Below, in pieces: positions 36,071 to 45,131 of a stretch of 64,000 nucleotides of DNA. The stretch comes from Candidatus Uhrbacteria bacterium (lineage in GTDB: Bacteria; Patescibacteriota; Patescibacteriia; JACPHY01), in the NCBI GenBank assembly GCA_016188355.1, contig JACPHY010000016.1, positions 2,345-66,344 on the forward strand, written 5' to 3'. The notes below the pieces were generated by a model. The model made no database searches. It had not been told where the DNA came from and worked only from the letters and a program-made list of their open reading frames with translations. The position numbers and the translations under genes were made by a program. Within the stretch, counting starts at the first letter, position 1. Every line of letters starts with the position of its first letter.

Positions 36071-38554
36071 ATGCAGAATCACCAAGGTGGGCGCGCGTAC
36101 CAACGCGTGCTGCTCATGATGCTCGGGCTCGCCGCGTTCCTCGCGGGGGTATCGACGCCGGCAATGGCGCAGGACTGCGATGCGGTGGTGGTGGACTCGG
36201 CGCGTTTGTTCGGTGGCGATACCGCGGCCGTGGAATCGGCTGCGCGTGCGTTGACGCAGCGCGGTGCGACCGTTCGCGTGCGCACGGTGCCGACGTTCGG
36301 CGGTGCCGGCAGTCTCGATCACTACGAGGCGGCCATCGAGCGGCAGTGCCCCTCGTGGCAAGCGCCTGGCGGAGGCACGCGGAATTCGCTTCTCGTGTTC
36401 ATGATCGCAGTCAAGGAGCGCGCGTCCGGCATGTACAGCGGCACGCAGTGGAAGCACATCGTTGGTCCGCACTGGGCGACGATTCAAGCGCAAGAAATGA
36501 ATCCGCGATTCCGCGATCGTGATTTCGCGGGTGGGTTTGCTGCCGGCATGCAGGCGGTCGATCGTCTCATCGGACAATCGCAAGTCGGAGTCGCGGCAGC
36601 GCCAACGACCAGCGCGCCGGTGCAGGTACATGTGCAAGTTCCGGCTGCTGCACCCGCGGGTCCGCCGCCCGATTACTCTGGGTTTGTTCGATTCCTCGGC
36701 TGGCTGCTCGCCATCGCGGTGCTCGGCGTCATCGTGTACGTCGTGCTCGCCGGGCGGGCGCGTCGCAAGCGAGAGGAGGAGGAGCGACAGACCGCCCAAT
36801 CTGCGGCGAGCCGCCAGAAGAAAGCGGTTGCCGCGCGGATCGGAGAGCTGACGGACAGCATGCCGCTCCTCAAGGCACGCGTCGGTGTCCTGGGTCAGAA
36901 GATCGATATCGAGCAAAAGGCCGCGTTCGATCGTCGATATCAGGAGGCGGATGTGTTGTTCGGAGGTGCGAGCACGGCGTTCGCCGATCTCTCGAGCAGC
37001 GCGGCGGATCCGGATCGTCCGGGACGGACGAAGCAGGAGTATGAGGACATCGCTCGGGAGTACCAGAGTGTCCTCAAGAAGCTCGATCAGGTCGCGGATG
37101 CGATGGCGAAGCTCAAGCAGGATTGCGAGCGTACCGATCGGGAGGCGAGTGAGCTGCCGCAGGCGATCGCGGTCGCGGAATCCGCCATCCAGGCGTATGC
37201 GGAGGCGGAGCGTACGCGATCCGGTGAGGGCTGGAAGACGGGCGCGGCGAGCGGGAAGGCGCAGGAAGCGGCCACGGAGTTTGCGAGGGCGAAGACCGAA
37301 CAGCAGGCGAAGCGTTTCGCGAAGGCGCTCGTCGCAGCGAAGGCGGCGACTGCAGCCGCGCGAGATGCGCAGCGGCTCGTGGACGAGCTACCGGCACGAC
37401 GCGAAACGCTCGCGGCGACGCTCACGAAGCTCGCGCAGCGGCTCACGGCGACCGAGGAGCGCGTCACGACCGACGCGAAGTCGGCGTTTGGGCGCATCCA
37501 GCAAGAGTTCGCGCGATCGTCCTGGCAGGATATCGCGGGGAACGGCAGTGAGGCCGAACGGCGCATCGATCAGGCGCTCGAAGCGCTCGAGGCGGGGAAC
37601 GCGGCGATCGCGCTCGAGGAGCAGCGGTGGTCGGATGCGGAAGCGCGCATCGCCGAGGCGCAGAAGCTCCTTGGCGAGGCGGACGGGCTGATCAAGTCCA
37701 TCACCGCGCTCGAGCAGCGTTTGCGTGAGGCCAAGGCGGCGGCACCCAATGAGATCAATGCGGCCGCGAAGGATCTCACGCGGGCGAAGGAGTATGAGCG
37801 GACGCACGATGACGACATCGACGATGCGATCAAGAAGGATATCCGCGTGGCGGATACGAAGCTCGCTGCGGCGCGTGAGGCACTCACGCTAGCGCAGCCG
37901 GACTATCTCGCCGTGGTCGACATGGCGCGTGCGGCGAACAACGCGGCGGATCAGATTCTTGCGTTCTGCCGGAACCAGCACGAAGCCGCCGAGCGGCAGC
38001 GCGCGAAGGCGGTGCAATCGGTTCGAGATGCAGAAGGCGCGATCGGGGATGCGCGACGGTACATCGACAACCATCGTTCGGATGTCGGTCGCTCCGCCCG
38101 TGATACGCTCCAGAATGCCGAGGTCGAGTACGAGCGTGCAAAAGTCGCGAGCGACCTCGCGTCCCGCATCCAGCATGCGGAACGCGCGGAGAGCGAGGCG
38201 AAGAGTGCGCTCACGCGCGCGAAGCGGGATTTTCGCGACGCTGAGGAGGAGCGCGAGCGAGCGGCAGAGCAGGTACGCGAGGCACAGCGTCGGGCGCAGC
38301 GTGCCGCTGAACGTGCCGCGGAAGATGCGGTGGATACGTTCGCGCGTGGTGCAGCGTGGGGAACGTATACGTCCCAACGTGCGCACCACTCCGCTCCGAC
38401 GCGCCGCGAGGACAGTGGTCCGTCGTTCCCGAGTTTCGGTGGCTCGTCGACCTTCGGAAACAGTGACAGCGACCGTTCCGGAGGTTCCTCGACCTGGGAG
38501 AGTTCCTCCCCGAGCAGTGACAGCGATCGTTCCGGAGGTTCCTCGACCTGGTAG
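36071..38554 (+). CDS. TPM-domain (TLP18.3/Psb32/MOLO-1-type) membrane protein with about 550-aa cytoplasmic coiled coil and C-terminal Ser-rich 18-aa tandem repeat
   Basis: AAGGAG RBS before MQNHQGG. Signal/TM, TPM-like VVVDSARLF...VRVRTVPTFGG...SLLVFMIAVKER, second TM, long E/A/R-rich helix, then SDSDRSGGSSTW twice. Confidence 0.7.
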   Translation: MQNHQGGRAYQRVLLMMLGLAAFLAGVSTPAMAQDCDAVVVDSARLFGGDTAAVESAARALTQRGATVRVRTVPTFGGAGSLDHYEAAIERQCPSWQAPGGGTRNSLLVFMIAVKERASGMYSGTQWKHIVGPHWATIQAQEMNPRFRDRDFAGGFAAGMQAVDRLIGQSQVGVAAAPTTSAPVQVHVQVPAAAPAGPPPDYSGFVRFLGWLLAIAVLGVIVYVVLAGRARRKREEEERQTAQSAASRQKKAVAARIGELTDSMPLLKARVGVLGQKIDIEQKAAFDRRYQEADVLFGGASTAFADLSSSAADPDRPGRTKQEYEDIAREYQSVLKKLDQVADAMAKLKQDCERTDREASELPQAIAVAESAIQAYAEAERTRSGEGWKTGAASGKAQEAATEFARAKTEQQAKRFAKALVAAKAATAAARDAQRLVDELPARRETLAATLTKLAQRLTATEERVTTDAKSAFGRIQQEFARSSWQDIAGNGSEAERRIDQALEALEAGNAAIALEEQRWSDAEARIAEAQKLLGEADGLIKSITALEQRLREAKAAAPNEINAAAKDLTRAKEYERTHDDDIDDAIKKDIRVADTKLAAAREALTLAQPDYLAVVDMARAANNAADQILAFCRNQHEAAERQRAKAVQSVRDAEGAIGDARRYIDNHRSDVGRSARDTLQNAEVEYERAKVASDLASRIQHAERAESEAKSALTRAKRDFRDAEEERERAAEQVREAQRRAQRAAERAAEDAVDTFARGAAWGTYTSQRAHHSAPTRREDSGPSFPSFGGSSTFGNSDSDRSGGSSTWESSSPSSDSDRSGGSSTW
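38462..38551. repeat. Two 54-nt in-frame direct repeats encoding SDSDRSGGSSTWESSSPS at the 3' end of the TPM gene
   Basis: agtgacagcga(c/t)cgttccggaggttcctcgacctgg present twice, 54 nt apart. Confidence 0.6.
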
Positions 38555-38629
38555 GGCGGGGGAGGGAGGACGCGGGGTCCTCACACCACAAGCAACATCG
38601 GCAAAGAAAGAAGAGAGAGGTAGTTACTC

Positions 38630-39352
38630 ATGGCAAGTTTCTTCGACAAGGTACGTACCGGAGTGCTCGCGATTGCACACCGAGCGGCCGACGCCGTCAT
38701 CGACCTCAATTCTGTCGAAGCGGTCAAGGTGCACATCCGCGACCTCGAGGAGGCGCAGGAAGACCTCCAGGGAGCTGCGGCGGAGGCGACGGGCGGCGTG
38801 CGGACGCTGCGCCGCGAGCGCGACACCACGCAGGCGAAGGTCACGGAGCTCGATGAAAGCATCGGCTTCATCCTCAGCGATGGCGACGACACGAACGACC
38901 ACCTCGCGGTCCCGCTCCAGGCGAGGCTCGACGGCCTCAAAGCCCAGCTCGCGGCCAAGGAAGACGAGATCGCGACCGCCGAGCAGGTCGCGCAGCAGAT
39001 GAACGAGGCGGCCTCGGCACTCCAGGCGAAGCTCACCTCCATGGTCGAGCGCGTGCGAGGTCTCGAGGCGCAGGAGCGAGCGGCGAAGGCGAAGGAGTCC
39101 GCGGCGAGCGCGGTCGCCCAGGCCGGAAAGATCGCAGCGGGCGCGGATGCGGTGTCGGTGGATGACATCTCGGCTCGGCTCCAGCGGCGAACCGATGTCG
39201 CGGACGAGAAGTTCAAGCGCGCCATGGGCGGCATCTCTGGGGGTCTCGAGCAGGACGTCGCGCTCGCGAAGGCGAAGGCGGCCATCGCGGCGCGCAAAGC
39301 GGCGCTCCAGAAGCCGAAGGAGGGCGACGCGCCGGCCGCCAAGGCGGGCTAG
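38630..39352 (+). CDS. PspA/IM30-family protein (phage-shock protein A / Vipp1 / LiaH-like)
   Basis: N-terminal amphipathic MASFFDKVRTGVLAI followed by a 230-aa heptad-rich helical protein, PspA-like length and organisation. Confidence 0.7.
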   Translation: MASFFDKVRTGVLAIAHRAADAVIDLNSVEAVKVHIRDLEEAQEDLQGAAAEATGGVRTLRRERDTTQAKVTELDESIGFILSDGDDTNDHLAVPLQARLDGLKAQLAAKEDEIATAEQVAQQMNEAASALQAKLTSMVERVRGLEAQERAAKAKESAASAVAQAGKIAAGADAVSVDDISARLQRRTDVADEKFKRAMGGISGGLEQDVALAKAKAAIAARKAALQKPKEGDAPAAKAG

Positions 39353-39374
39353 GCGCGCGGTAGGTGCGTATTCA

Positions 39375-39410
39375 GAGAGCTCCCGTTCAACGGGAGCTCT
39401 CATTCTTTTC
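39375..39410 (+). terminator. Intrinsic terminator after the PspA-like gene (11-bp stem gagagctcccg/cgggagctctc plus attcttttc)
   Basis: Perfect stem with ttcaa loop and downstream U-tract. Confidence 0.6.
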
Positions 39411-39420
39411 GGGACTCGTG

Positions 39421-39448
39421 TTGACGAGCATGGCAGATATGTTACGGT
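39421..39448 (+). promoter_or_regulatory. Putative promoter TTGACG-N16-TACGGT for paralog A
   Basis: Immediately after the terminator; GGAGGG RBS follows. Confidence 0.4.
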
Positions 39449-39478
39449 TCGGTTGGTTCATTTCCTGAAGGAGGGATC

Positions 39479-40366
39479 ATGCGAAAACGAGCGAATGGGT
39501 CGGCAGTCCCCGCGCAGGTGCGGCCCCACGGCGACACCAAAGATGGTCTGACGCCGGACGAGGCGGCCGCATGGGATGCGTGCCTCGGCGTGCATGTGGA
39601 TGATGTGCTGGTCTGGGGGTGGTTCATAGCCTGCACCCTGCTCCGGATTCCTCCGGAGCGTCGATATGCGCACATCGCGCACATGGTTCGGTACTACCCG
39701 TTTGTTCCGAGCACTGCGCCGGACCAGTTCACCGGAATTCCGTCGTTTGATGTGCATCGGGTGCGTCTCGCGCATTTCCAAATGTGCCACGTGGAGACTC
39801 CGTTAGCGCGCGACCTCATGCAGACCATGCAGCGACATGAAGATGCGGCGCCGGTCACCCCCGAGATGATCGCATCGTGCGTCCTCCGGCACCTCGATCG
39901 GTGCGAGCCGTCCGAACTTGCGGCGCTCTTCGTCCTCCTCTGCCGAGAGCCGGGATGCACGCCGCTCGGCCATTCGGTGGCATTGGGGAAGATGTGGGAA
40001 GTCCCACCCGCGGCCGTATGGGAAGTGCTCGTCGCCGAGCGCGATGTGGTCTGTGCAATCCTGGAGAACCTCTCGTGCCTTCGGTGTCAGTACCACGCCA
40101 CGCCATTCGGGGTTGCGCGCATCGTACTTGCGCAGGTGGAACGGATCGCGAATCCCGAGCATCGTGCAATCGTCCTCGGGCATTGTCTCGAGCATTGGTC
40201 CGAAACGCTCGAAGCGCGTGCGCGGCAACGGATGTGCGCAGCGATCGCCCATGCGGCACGGGAGGGGAATCTCGATGTGGCGGTGGTGATGATGCCGGAT
40301 GCGCAGGATGATGCAGCGGCGGATGACCACGATGAAGGCGATGCGCGGGGGCGATTTCTGCATTAG
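39479..40366 (+). CDS. Hypothetical Cys-rich protein, paralog A (shared motif H[IV]AH..R.YP[FY]VP)
   Basis: 295 aa. Clear similarity to the next gene (TP.E...W...LG..V...VVWG...R..H.AH..R.YP.VP); no family recognised. Confidence 0.55.
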   Translation: MRKRANGSAVPAQVRPHGDTKDGLTPDEAAAWDACLGVHVDDVLVWGWFIACTLLRIPPERRYAHIAHMVRYYPFVPSTAPDQFTGIPSFDVHRVRLAHFQMCHVETPLARDLMQTMQRHEDAAPVTPEMIASCVLRHLDRCEPSELAALFVLLCREPGCTPLGHSVALGKMWEVPPAAVWEVLVAERDVVCAILENLSCLRCQYHATPFGVARIVLAQVERIANPEHRAIVLGHCLEHWSETLEARARQRMCAAIAHAAREGNLDVAVVMMPDAQDDAAADDHDEGDARGRFLH

Positions 40367-40388
40367 TCCGTAGTCGATGCATCGTGTG

Positions 40389-40425
40389 CGCACCGGCCCT
40401 CAGGGCCGGTGCGATTCCTTTTGTG
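40389..40425 (+). terminator. Intrinsic terminator after paralog A (11-bp stem cgcaccggccc/gggccggtgcg plus ttccttttgt)
   Basis: Perfect stem, tca loop, T-rich tail. Confidence 0.5.
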
Positions 40426-40431
40426 GGAATA

Positions 40432-40460
40432 TTGACAACTGTCACTATTCCTGGTATGGT
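40432..40460 (+). promoter_or_regulatory. Putative promoter TTGACA-N17-TATGGT for paralog B
   Basis: Hexamers read directly; AAGGAGGG RBS before the ATG at 40511. Confidence 0.5.
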
Positions 40461-40510
40461 GGTGCTGCCCTTTTGTGTGCGATGCCTCATGCCAGCAGGA
40501 AGGAGGGCAC

Positions 40511-41269
40511 ATGTCGTTCGTTCTCACCCCCGCGGAGCAGCGCGACTGGGAATTGCGTCTCGGATGGCGCGTACAGGAGTCGGTTGTTTGGGGAGTGCGC
40601 GTTGTGGAGTACTTGTACGAAGAGGTGGCGGAAGATCGACGCGTGCTGCATGTGGCGCATGCGCTCCGCGTCTACCCGTATGTGCCGCGTATCGAGCGGG
40701 GCGTATTCGCGGAACGACGCATCGGTCCGCTTGCGCTTGCCGAATGTGAGCCTGCGTGTCGGCGGCTTCTCGATGCGTTGCTCGCGACCGCACGGGAGCA
40801 GCGATGGGGAGCGGATGAATTTGCGGCGCAGTGCGTGGAGCGGCTGTCTCCACTGGATACCACCGCCCGCGCCTATGTCTTCGGGAATTTGTTTCACGAG
40901 CGGGGGTGCTGCCCCTTCACGAGCAACGTGACGCTAGGAATCACGTTATCGGAAGGGGATCACTGGAGTGTTCTCGTGCGTTATCGCGACATCATCGCGC
41001 CGATCGTGCGGCGACTGCGTCACTTCGCATGCTGCATGACTGCGGATGAGTTGGCGGGTGCTTTTGACCAGTGCGCGCAAATAACCGCTGCTGCGGAGCG
41101 CCGAGTCGTACTCGTGCATCTCGCGCTGCTCATCATTTCGCATCGCGACCAGATGCGAGATGCCGCGCGCATGGTCGTTGCGGCGCTACAGGGGTCCGGT
41201 GGTGACGAGGAAGGCGCAGATGGCGACGGCCTCGTGTTTCCGGGTTCGCGGCCAGGACCTGCATCCTGA
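40511..41269 (+). CDS. Hypothetical Cys-rich protein, paralog B
   Basis: Start at the internal Met after a strong RBS; paralogous to 39479-40366. Confidence 0.55.
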   Translation: MSFVLTPAEQRDWELRLGWRVQESVVWGVRVVEYLYEEVAEDRRVLHVAHALRVYPYVPRIERGVFAERRIGPLALAECEPACRRLLDALLATAREQRWGADEFAAQCVERLSPLDTTARAYVFGNLFHERGCCPFTSNVTLGITLSEGDHWSVLVRYRDIIAPIVRRLRHFACCMTADELAGAFDQCAQITAAAERRVVLVHLALLIISHRDQMRDAARMVVAALQGSGGDEEGADGDGLVFPGSRPGPAS

Positions 41270-41331
41270 GTTCGACGACGGCCGCTGTCCCTCGCGGATG
41301 GCGGCCGGTTCCTTTCCAAGGAGGTGATGTC

Positions 41332-42282
41332 GTGATGGAGGAAGTGCTGCGTGGGCAACCCATACGGGTGATCGGGTGCGTGGTATCGGCGCATGCGCAT
41401 GCACAGGTGCTTGCGGAGCGATTGCGCCGCATCTGGAATTCGGCGGATGCGTCGGGTTTGGGATGGGTAGATGGGGAATCGCCCAAGGAACTGGCCGCGG
41501 CAATGGCATCCGCGCAGTCCACCGCATCCATTCCCGTTTCGTGCATTGATGCGGTCTTCGTGGTGGGTGGCGATGGATTTCTCATGGAGACATACCACGC
41601 ATTCGATGGCACGGGTCTCCGGCCGCTCCTCATAGGATGGAATGCGGGGCATGTGGGATTTCTCATGAATGATGCGCCGCACGCTGATGATGCGCTGCAG
41701 GTGCAGCTGGCGAATTTCCGTAACGGCGTCTACACCACGGAACTCGCGTATCCGGTGTGTGCGCAGGTGCAGCTCCGGGATGGAACGGAGCGCACCATTC
41801 GGGCGTTCAATGAGATTACGCTCCGCGCATCCGGTCGCCAGGCGGTCCGACTGCATCGGTGGATCAATGGAGCGGATTTGGGAGTATTTGGCGGTGGCGG
41901 ATTCATTGTGGCGACCCCGCAGGGATCCACGGCGTTTGCAGGAGATGCGGGTGGTCCGCTAGTGGATCCCGCCGTTCCATCGCTCGTGCTGGTCCCAATG
42001 ACGACGCATCGTGCGCGTATTTTCGCGCAACTTCATAACGCGCTGGTGCTCTCGCCCCATTCGTCCATCCGTGTGGATGTGCTGGAACGGGACAAGCGAC
42101 CGATCGCGGTGGAAACGGAAACGGAGCAGATCACGGACGTGGATCGCGTCCTGATTACGAGCGCGTATCGGCACGGCCCATCGCAGGCGATCGCATTGGG
42201 GTATGCGTATGCCCCGGACGGTCGACGCTTTCCCGCGCGAGTCGCCAAGAAATTCATCGGGAGGATTCGGGAGCGGCACTAA
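41332..42282 (+). CDS. nadK: NAD kinase
   Basis: VVGGDGFLM GGDG motif and GGGFIVATPQGSTAFAGDAGGP; AAGGAGG RBS. Confidence 0.85.
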   Translation: MMEEVLRGQPIRVIGCVVSAHAHAQVLAERLRRIWNSADASGLGWVDGESPKELAAAMASAQSTASIPVSCIDAVFVVGGDGFLMETYHAFDGTGLRPLLIGWNAGHVGFLMNDAPHADDALQVQLANFRNGVYTTELAYPVCAQVQLRDGTERTIRAFNEITLRASGRQAVRLHRWINGADLGVFGGGGFIVATPQGSTAFAGDAGGPLVDPAVPSLVLVPMTTHRARIFAQLHNALVLSPHSSIRVDVLERDKRPIAVETETEQITDVDRVLITSAYRHGPSQAIALGYAYAPDGRRFPARVAKKFIGRIRERH

Positions 42283-42312
42283 GGTATCCGTGGCGGTTCG
42301 CCGCAACGCAGT

Positions 42313-42346
42313 GGAGTCATTCCTTTGGAGTGACTCCGTTCTTTTT
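42313..42346 (+). terminator. Intrinsic terminator after nadK (ggagtca...tgactcc plus ttcttttt)
   Basis: 7-8 bp stem and U-run directly after the stop. Confidence 0.5.
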
Positions 42347-42361
42347 GATGTAGTTGACGAT

Positions 42362-42393
42362 AGTTAGTGTCAAATGCACAATAATTGTATACC
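42362..42393. promoter_or_regulatory. Candidate operator/promoter upstream of pncB containing agttagtgtcaa and cacaataattgtat
   Basis: Shares the TTAGTGT and ATAATT words with the 25771-25879 sites; preceded by TTGACG at 42354. Confidence 0.25.
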
Positions 42394-42601
42394 GGTTCCG
42401 GAATCGCTTTGATTGGGCATTTGGACATCCATTTGACGCTTTGGTGATTTCATGATAGGGTTTTGGGTCTGTAGAGGGAAATTGAGGTTCCGTGCGCTGG
42501 GCGCGCGCGGGTGCTCAGTGGCTCTCGATGGCTCTTTTGGATCGCAGGCAACAGACGGAAGCGCTGCGTGCAATGGCGCGTCAGCAGAAAGGAGCTTGGG
42601 A

Positions 42602-43900
42602 ATGCAATTTCTTCGATCACCGCATCCGCTCTTACGGCAGTTCGTGGTGGATGGACCGATCATCGAATCGCTGCTCGATGTCGACTTCTACACCTTCACG
42701 ATGCAGGCGTACATTCGGAGGTACCATCCCGGGACCCATGTGCGCTTTGGGCTTCGGAATCGCACGAAGATTCCGCTCGGGCGTTCCATCCGGGAAGGGG
42801 AGCTCCGTGAGCAGCTGGATCATGTCCGCTCGCTCCGCGCGACGCGGTCCGAATGCCATTACCTTGCGGGTACGTTCGAATACGGCCGGCGCATGTTCGA
42901 CGATGCGTACATCGACTGGTTCGCAAACCTGCAGCTGCCCGAGTACGATCTCGAGTATCTTCCGGATGGCCACATCCGCCTCGAGTTCGCGGGGGACTGG
43001 GAGGCGGCGCTGCATTGGGAGACCATCGGCATGCCCATCCTGACGCAGCTCTACTTCAAGAGCCTACTCAAGAACATGATGACGATCGAGTGTGATGCGG
43101 TCGTTGCGGAGGGCATCCGGCGTCTCCATGAGAAGATACAGATGGTCCAGCAGCGCTGCGCATCGGGGCGACCGTTCTCCTTCGCGGAGTTCGGCACCCG
43201 GCGCCGCGCGTTTCGTGACTGGCAGCGCTACACGGATGCCATGTTCGGGGAGAGCTTGCCGGGTCAGTATCTCGGTACCTCCAATACGTTGAACGCCATG
43301 CTCCTCGGGCAGCAGCCCATGGGCACGAATGCGCACCAGCTCCAGATGGTGGCGGTGGCGCTCGCATCTTCCGGGAGCGATGAGGACATGCGTGCCGCAT
43401 CGCGACAGGTGTACGAACGGTGGTGGGAGATGTTTGGGCATGGACTCTCAATTGCACTGCCGGATACGTACGGAACGCCTGCGGGTCTCGAAGACCTCGG
43501 TGCATCGGGGGCGGGGTACTGGAAGGGTACGCGTCAGGATTCGGGATCGCCTGAGCGGGACACTGACCGGAAGATCGCATGGTACCTATCGCACGACATT
43601 GATCCTCGGGAGAAGCTGCTCTTGTACTCCGATGGGCTCACCTTTCCGCGCGCGTTCGCAATCGACGACTACCGCGCCGGCGCAATCAAGAAATCGTTCG
43701 CGCTCGGGACGAATGCGACGAATGACTTCCCGGTTCCGTCCGCGCTCTCCATCGTCGTGAAGCCGCTCCGTGCGAACGTGTTCGGATGCGTGAAGCTCTC
43801 TGACAACCCCGCGAAGGCGCAGGGCGATGCCGAGCTCATCCAGCGATACTGTCGCGTCTTCCGGTACCAGGAGGGCGAACGGACAGAGTGCGTGTATTGA
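42602..43900 (+). CDS. pncB: Nicotinate phosphoribosyltransferase
   Basis: AAAGGAG RBS before MQFLRS. Motifs DVDFYTFTMQ, EFGTRR and LGTSN typical of PncB. Confidence 0.85.
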   Translation: MQFLRSPHPLLRQFVVDGPIIESLLDVDFYTFTMQAYIRRYHPGTHVRFGLRNRTKIPLGRSIREGELREQLDHVRSLRATRSECHYLAGTFEYGRRMFDDAYIDWFANLQLPEYDLEYLPDGHIRLEFAGDWEAALHWETIGMPILTQLYFKSLLKNMMTIECDAVVAEGIRRLHEKIQMVQQRCASGRPFSFAEFGTRRRAFRDWQRYTDAMFGESLPGQYLGTSNTLNAMLLGQQPMGTNAHQLQMVAVALASSGSDEDMRAASRQVYERWWEMFGHGLSIALPDTYGTPAGLEDLGASGAGYWKGTRQDSGSPERDTDRKIAWYLSHDIDPREKLLLYSDGLTFPRAFAIDDYRAGAIKKSFALGTNATNDFPVPSALSIVVKPLRANVFGCVKLSDNPAKAQGDAELIQRYCRVFRYQEGERTECVY

Positions 43901-43911
43901 GGTAGAAGTAT

Positions 43912-43938
43912 GAGCGGTCCGGAAGGACCGGACCGCTC
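43912..43938 (+). terminator. GC hairpin after pncB (gagcggtccgg aagg ccggaccgctc), no U-tract
   Basis: 11-bp stem read directly; termination function uncertain. Confidence 0.3.
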
Positions 43939-44026
43939 CTTGCTCGAGGCGCGAAGTGCGACGACGCATTTCGCGGCTCAAGCGAAGGAATGCTCATGAC
44001 GTCAACACCAAGAGGAGGGACGATCC

Positions 44027-44971
44027 GTGCAAATTCAGACGTTCAGCATCGTGGTAGGGACCAAAGCGTGCAACGCGCGGTGTCCGTTCTGCGTGAGCAG
44101 CATGACGGGATTCGGGGAGCTGCCGAAACGGGGAGCGATCGAGTTGGTGCATTTCGCAAAGGCCTGTCAGCTCGCGCGGCTCGCCGGCACCACGACGGTG
44201 CTCATGACGGGCAAGGGCGAACCGACGCTCTATCCGGAGGAGATCTCCGAATACCTCCGGCTGCTCGTGCGCAGCCAGTTCCCGTTCATCGAGCTCCAGA
44301 CGAATGCGCTGGATATCGGCTGGCTCGCGCGTGACGGTCGGGCGAAGCACGCGAAGTCACTCGAGCGCCACACGTTAGCGGGGTGGCGGCAGAGCGGGCT
44401 GAATACGGTCGCAATCTCGGTGGTGGGCATCGACCCGGAGCTGAATCGTCCCGTATACCACGATGACTACCCGGATCTCGCGACGACGATCAAATTCCTC
44501 CACGAGATCGGATTCACCGTGCGGCTGTGCGTCATGATGCAGCAGGGCAGTGTGGATACTCCGGAGGCGTTGCAGCGGGTCATCGATTTTTGTCGGATCA
44601 ACCTCGTGGAGCAGCTCACGGTGCGGCCGATTCGGAAGCCCGATCATAGCGAGGATCGCGACGTATCGACGTACGTCGTCGAGCGCGGGATCACCCACGA
44701 TCAGGAGTTGGTCATCCGTACGTGGGTCGAGCGGCAGGGGCGTCGGCTCCTCTCGCTCATGCATGGGGCTATCGTGTACGACGTTGGTGGGCAGAACGTG
44801 TGTCTCTCGGACTGCCTCACGAACGATTCATCGAATGGAGACATCCGGACGCTCATTTTCTACAGCGATGGGCGACTGACCTACGATTGGCAGTACGAGG
44901 GCGCGGTGCTCCTCGGCGGCGTGCCGATGGCATTGCGGGAGGCCGATCGCCGAAATCGAGAGGAGATTTGA
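44027..44971 (+). CDS. Radical SAM domain protein of unknown function (CNARCPFC)
   Basis: GTG start with GAGGAGGG RBS. CxxxCxxC cluster near the N-terminus, glycine-rich SAM motif GKGEP. Confidence 0.65.
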   Translation: MQIQTFSIVVGTKACNARCPFCVSSMTGFGELPKRGAIELVHFAKACQLARLAGTTTVLMTGKGEPTLYPEEISEYLRLLVRSQFPFIELQTNALDIGWLARDGRAKHAKSLERHTLAGWRQSGLNTVAISVVGIDPELNRPVYHDDYPDLATTIKFLHEIGFTVRLCVMMQQGSVDTPEALQRVIDFCRINLVEQLTVRPIRKPDHSEDRDVSTYVVERGITHDQELVIRTWVERQGRRLLSLMHGAIVYDVGGQNVCLSDCLTNDSSNGDIRTLIFYSDGRLTYDWQYEGAVLLGGVPMALREADRRNREEI

Positions 44972-45131
44972 GCGCGTGACGAAGGGATGAGGATGGGGAG
45001 ATAGGCTGGTGCGGTCCTGCGAATAGCGGGACCGCACTCCACCAGAGCTTCGATGATGATCGAGATTCTGGCGGAGTGAAAGCTCCGTGCTGCTTTCCCA
45101 ATTCAGACTACTGAGCAAGGAGGATGCGATC

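Noticed and set aside
35576-36916. 446-aa minus-strand ORF
   Set aside because: Antisense to the TPM-domain gene; Arg-rich.
37929-39002. 357-aa plus-strand Arg/Ser-rich ORF
   Set aside because: Out-of-frame reading of the TPM coiled-coil and Ser-repeat region running into the PspA gene; no start signals.
43990-44334. 114-aa plus-strand ORF
   Set aside because: Overlaps out of frame the start of the radical SAM gene, which has a strong RBS and the CxxxCxxC motif.
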